Made by a program: the position numbers and the translations under genes
In this document: positions 58,655 to 64,000 of the stretch, piece after piece
Layout of the letters: the number at the start of each line of letters is the position of its first letter
How positions within the stretch are numbered: position 1 is the first letter of the stretch
Assembly: GCA_963712935.1 (NCBI GenBank)
Contig: CAVQJX010000016.1
Location: 14,350-78,349, forward strand
DNA length: 64,000 nt
Direction of reading: 5' to 3'
Origin: an uncultured Actinomycetota bacterium
GTDB lineage: Bacteria > Actinomycetota > Actinomycetes > Propionibacteriales > Nocardioidaceae
The notes under the pieces: generated by a model
What the model saw: the letters and a program-made list of their open reading frames with translations, nothing else
Told to the model about the DNA's origin: nothing
The model's database searches: none

Positions 58655-59661
58655 CCGTTCTCCTCACCACCCCGCGGCTCCCGGCCGGCCAGCTCACCGG
58701 CGCGGCCTGGCGTGCGGTCTTCTCAGCAGGTGCTGTGCTCACGGCCGATGTGACCAGTGGGCTTGCCCGGGCCGTCGAGGCTGCCGGCGGCGCTGTGGAG
58801 GCGCACCGTGAGCCCACCGCCGCCGACCTCTTGTCGCGAGCGACCGACTCCGATGTGGTCTGGCTGGCCGCCGATGACGGCGACGGGGGGTTGACCGCGG
58901 AGCTGGCAGCAGACGTCGTACGCCGGTCGGAGTCCGGCGAGGCGGGCGTGGAGGTCGAGATCATGGTGGGCTCGTTCGACCCGCCCGGGGCGCGTCTGCT
59001 CGACCTGGTGGCCGTGATGGACCGGTTGCGACGGGAGTGTCCGTGGGACCAGGAACAGACGCACGAGACGCTCGTGCGGTATCTCGTCGAGGAGTCCTAC
59101 GAGACCATCGAGGCGATCGAGAGCGGTGATCGTGCCCATCTCCGCGAGGAGCTCGGTGACCTGCTGCTGCAGGTCATGTTCCACGCGCGGATCGCGACCG
59201 AGGATCCCGACGATCCGTTCGACATCGACGACGTGACCGAGCACGTCGTCGACAAGCTGATCCGCCGGCATCCACACGTGTTCGCGGGCGTCGAGGTCGA
59301 CAACGCTCAGGACGTCAACGACAACTGGGAGACGATCAAGGCTGCGGAGAAGGCGCGCAGCTCCGCGATGGACGGCATCCCGCCCGGGCTGCCCGCGCTC
59401 TCGTTGGCCGACAAGGTCATCGGGCGGGCCGTGGCGGCCGCGCGTGCCGTGTCGGTGCCCGCTCCCGCGGAGTCGTCGTACACGCCCGAGACGCTCGGTG
59501 AGGTGCTCTTCGCCCTCGTCGCGGCGGCGCGGTCCGCCGGGATCGATGCCGAGCAGGCACTTCGCCAGCGTGTCCGCGCTGAGATCGATGCCATCCGGCT
59601 GTCGGAGGAGCAACCCGGCCGAGCGCGTGCCCTGCCCGACCCGGGTGTCGACGGCGGATAG
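58645..59661 (+). CDS. mazG: nucleoside triphosphate pyrophosphohydrolase MazG (with N-terminal extension domain)
   Basis: VMDRLRRECPWDQEQTHETLVRYLVEESYETIEAIE and ELGDLLLQVMFHARIA motifs. Start overlaps the lipoprotein stop. Confidence 0.85.
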   Translation: MRLTVLLTTPRLPAGQLTGAAWRAVFSAGAVLTADVTSGLARAVEAAGGAVEAHREPTAADLLSRATDSDVVWLAADDGDGGLTAELAADVVRRSESGEAGVEVEIMVGSFDPPGARLLDLVAVMDRLRRECPWDQEQTHETLVRYLVEESYETIEAIESGDRAHLREELGDLLLQVMFHARIATEDPDDPFDIDDVTEHVVDKLIRRHPHVFAGVEVDNAQDVNDNWETIKAAEKARSSAMDGIPPGLPALSLADKVIGRAVAAARAVSVPAPAESSYTPETLGEVLFALVAAARSAGIDAEQALRQRVRAEIDAIRLSEEQPGRARALPDPGVDGG

Positions 59662-61002
<1,341 letters not shown>

Positions 61003-61015
61003 GCGGTCCGAGGCC

Positions 61016-61555
61016 ATGGCAACGCGTCCACGCTCCAGCTCGACTCCCGGCCCCGGTCGGGGACGTCCGCGTGCGTCGGGGGGCCGCGCGAGCGGCGTCC
61101 GTAGCACGACCCGGGTGTCCGCGCCGGCCGCGACCGCGCAGGTCGCTTCTTCGCGCGCGAAGTTCACCGGCCGGGCTGCCGTGCTGCTGCTGGTCATGGC
61201 CGTGCTCGCCGTCTCCTACGCCTCGAGCATGCGCGCGTGGCTCAAGCAACGCAGCGAGATCAACACCCTCAACGCCCAGATCGCTGATCAACGCAGCGAC
61301 GTGGCGTCACTCGTCCAGGCCAAGAAGCGATTGCACGACCCGGCGTACATCGAGTCCCAGGCCCGGTTGCGGTTCGGCTGGATCATGCCGGGCGAGACCG
61401 GGTTCCGGGTGATCGGGTCCGACGGAGAGGTGCTGTCCAACGGCACGAGCACGTTGTCGCAGCCGGTCAAGCCGGTCAAGAAGGACCCCGAATGGTGGCA
61501 GGGTGCCTACGGCAGCGTGGTCGCGGCCGGCGAGGTCCCGAGCTCCAACCGGTGA
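61016..61555 (+). CDS. ftsB: septum formation initiator (FtsB/DivIC family)
   Basis: ATG at 61016. Basic N-terminus, TM segment AVLLLVMAVLAVSY, coiled coil, then DPAYIESQARLRFGWIMPGE. Confidence 0.8.
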   Translation: MATRPRSSSTPGPGRGRPRASGGRASGVRSTTRVSAPAATAQVASSRAKFTGRAAVLLLVMAVLAVSYASSMRAWLKQRSEINTLNAQIADQRSDVASLVQAKKRLHDPAYIESQARLRFGWIMPGETGFRVIGSDGEVLSNGTSTLSQPVKPVKKDPEWWQGAYGSVVAAGEVPSSNR

Positions 61556-62038
61556 CCGACGCCCGCGACCTGGCCGCCGTGCAGGCTCAGCTGGGACGCC
61601 CCCCGCGCGACACCGTCGGCATCGCGCACCGCTGCCCGTGCGGAAATCCCGATGTCGTGGCCACGGCCCCCAGGCTTTCGGACGGGACACCGTTTCCCAC
61701 GTTCTACTACCTGACCTGCCCACGTGCCGCGTCCGAGATCGGCACCCTCGAGGCCAGCGGTCTCATGCGGGAGATGACCGAGCGCCTCGCCCAGGACGAG
61801 GACCTGGCTCAGGCACTGTCGCCGGGCGCACGAGGACTACCTCGACCGGCGGCGTCAGTACGGCGACGTGCCCGAGATCGAGGACATCTCGGCCGGAGGC
61901 ATGCCTGACCGGGTCAAGTGCCTCCACGTGTTGGTGGCGCATGCGTTGGCCGCCGGCCCCGGGGTGAACCCCCTCGGTGACGAGGCGCTGGCCCTGCTCC
62001 CTGAGTGGTGGGCGTCCGGTCCCTGCGTCGACCTCTAG
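61552..62038 (+). pseudogene. DUF501 domain protein (Rv1025 position) with one frameshift near 61817
   Basis: Frame 1: GRPPRDTVGIAHRCPCGNPDVVATAPRLSDGTPFPTFYYLTCPRAASEIGTLEASGLMREMTERLAQDEDLAQA. The +1 frame continues RRAHEDYLDRRRQYGDVPEIEDISAGGMPDRVKCLHVLVAHALAAGPGVNPLGDEAL to TAG at 62036..62038. Confidence 0.8.
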
Positions 62039-62390
62039 CGCAGCGGCTCTCCGCAGCTGACGTGGATGTGCAGATGCTTGGAGTCCTGGTACGTCCCCAG
62101 GTTGGTGAGCACACGGGCAGCTCCGTGAGCGTCGTGCACGTCAGCGGCGATCGTCGGTGACCACCGCGAACAGCGCTCGCACGAGTGGCTCGTCATCGTC
62201 TGTCAGACGTCGTCAGAGAGGGGACATGGCGCTTGGGAACGACGACGATGTGCACCGGCCAGAAGGGTCGGGTGTGGTGATACGCCAACACTTCTGCGGT
62301 TTCTCGCACGACATCCAACTGGTCGCCGTTGGGCAGCGCGACATCGCAGTAGAAGTCATCGCCTCCGTAGCTGTCGGCCGCGTCAACCAT
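62035..62390 (-). pseudogene. HIT (histidine triad) family protein with two frameshifts
   Basis: MVDAADSYGGDDFYCDVAL..LAYHHTRPFWPVHIVVVPKRHVPSL in one frame. DDDEPLVRALFAVVTD in the next. IAADVHDAHGAARVLTNLGTYQDSKHLHIHVSCGEPLR-stop in the third. The length of 356 nt is not a multiple of 3. Confidence 0.75.
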
Positions 62391-62524
62391 GCGGGTGAGT
62401 CTGCCAAGAGTTGGCCCGCGCCGTGATCCTGCCCCGCCGAGCGACTGTCTTCGAGCGTCGGAGGTCCGATCAGCCGACGACAGCCGTAGGCTCGGGGCGA
62501 CCGTCGAGCAAGCGAGGAGAGCCG

Positions 62525-63476
62525 ATGACCCGGGTGGCTGCTGTCGACTGCGGCACGAACTCACTGCGCCTGCTCGTCACCGACCTCGACCCCTCGGCGG
62601 GCACAGCCACACAGGTCGACCGGCGTACGGCGATCGTGCGGCTGGGGCAGGACGTCGACAGGACGGGCGCCTTCGCCCCCGAGGCGCTGGAGCGGACGTT
62701 CGCGGTGGTCGACGAGTACGCCACGGTGATCCGCGGCCTCGAGCGTGAGCGCAACCCGCTTCGTGGCCACCTCCGCCGCACGCGACGTCAGCAACCGCGA
62801 CGAGTTCGTTGACGGAGTGCGCACCCGGCTCGGAGTGGACGCCGAGATCATCAGCGGCGACGAGGAAGCCACCCTGTCCTACGCAGGAGCGACGCGCGGA
62901 CTGACCCAGGACGATGGCGTGCCGGCCCCCGTGCTCGTGGTCGACATCGGCGGCGGGTCCACCGAGTTCGTCATGCGCCTCGACGACGGCGACCCGATCA
63001 AGGGCCAGTCGCTCGACATCGGCTCGGTCCGGCTCACCGAGCGCTACCTGGCCGACGATCCCCCCACGCCCGACCAGGTGGCCGCCGTCACCCGGGCCGT
63101 CGACGACGCTCTCGCCACCCTCGACGTACCGATCGACGCCGCCCGAACGCTCATCGGGGTAGCCGGGACCGTCACCACGATGGCCGCCCGCGTGCTCGGC
63201 CTCGACGCGTACGACCCGGAACGCGTGCACGGGTCCCGGCTGGCCCGGGCCGACGTGCTGACCGCCGTGGACGAGATCGTTGCGATGTCGGTCGCCGATC
63301 GCCGCGCGCTGCCCTTCATGCCGTACGGCCGGGCCGACGTCATCGGGGGCGGAGCCTTGATCCTCGGCGCCGTCGTACGCCGCCTCGACCTCGACGATCT
63401 CCGCGCCTCGGAACACGACATTCTCGACGGCATCGCCTGGTCGCTGGTCGACCCAACGTTCCGAGCGACCACGTGA
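62525..63476 (+). pseudogene. ppx: exopolyphosphatase / guanosine pentaphosphate phosphohydrolase (Ppx/GppA) with one frameshift near 62744
   Basis: ATG at 62525 after AGGAGA. VAAVDCGTNSLRLLV...FAVVDEYATVIRGL is in the frame of ORF 62411..62812. (V)SATRFVATSAARDVSNRDEF...VVDIGGGSTEF onward is in the frame of ORF 62745..63476. Confidence 0.85.
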
Positions 63477-64000
63477 CGGCGTTGCCGCACCCGATCTCGG
63501 GAAAGCTGTTCACGAGCCCCGTGCCGGCAGGGAGCGGGTGGCCGGGCGATCCCGCGGCCGACGACACCGCGGTGGCCACCGACCCGGACGCGTACGCCGG
63601 CTGGCCGACCGAGCCTCCACCGTCCCGGCCCTCGACGCAGCCGTCTCGGTCTGCCGGGCCTGTCCCCGTCTCGTTGCCTGGCGCGAGGACGTCGCGGTCG
63701 ACAAGCGCAAGTCGTTCGCCGACGAGCCCTACTGGGGTCGGCCGATCGCGGGCTGGGGCGACGAGTCCCCACGCGTCCTCCTCGTCGGGCTGGCACCGGC
63801 AGCCCACGGGGGCAACCGGACCGGGCGGATCTTCACCGGCGACCGGTCCGGCGACTGGTTGTTCGCCTCCCTCTACCGCGTCGGGCTCGCCAGCCAGCCC
63901 ACCAGCGTGCACGCCGGCGACGGGCAGCGACTCATCGGCACCCGGATGGTCGCGGCGGTCAGGTGCGCACCGCCCGCGAACAAGCCGACGACGGCAGAGC
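63473..64000 (+). pseudogene. uracil-DNA glycosylase (family 4/5 type), 3' end beyond window, frameshift near 63590
   Basis: GTGA overlap with the ppx stop. Frame A: [34 protein letters not shown]. Frame B: [84 protein letters not shown]. Confidence 0.75.

Overview
High-GC (about 70% by eye, not computed) actinobacterial chromosome segment. All calls come from reading the ORF translations and the DNA by hand; no searches were run.

The left part (1-26.5 kb) is accessory and metabolic:
- a HupE-like transporter;
- a PucR-linked locus with an N-acylamino-acid racemase, a GNAT, two D-aminoacylase-family hydrolases and a Dpp-type ABC importer;
- a secreted dirigent-like protein next to a NarL-type two-component system;
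- a cobQ relic, an HtrA-type protease and a beta-lactamase-fold hydrolase;
- a cluster of a GS-like gene, an APC permease, a PLP enzyme and an amidohydrolase.

From about 28.4 kb the window follows the conserved actinobacterial backbone known from Mycobacterium tuberculosis Rv1002c-Rv1026. The order is pmt, rsmI, metG, tatD, rpfB, rsmA/ksgA, ispE ... TetR, glmU, prs, rplY, pth, mfd, mazG, eno, ftsB, DUF501, ppx, with inserted modules.

Two things stand out.
1. A 2.48-kb head-to-tail tandem duplication gives two intact metG genes that differ by about 3%. It also creates a chimeric tatD'-LLM' junction ORF, and identity between the copies is mosaic.
2. Many genes are frameshifted or decayed: cobQ, GS-like, GNAT, add, hsp20, the pth C-terminus, DUF501, HIT, ppx and udg. 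Apart from the last few codons of pth, only dispensable functions are hit, and every long essential gene is intact. This is either real reductive decay or clustered indel errors in the assembly.

One tRNA-Gln(UUG) was folded by hand upstream of glmU. I saw no CRISPR array, transposase, integrase or recognisable defence system.
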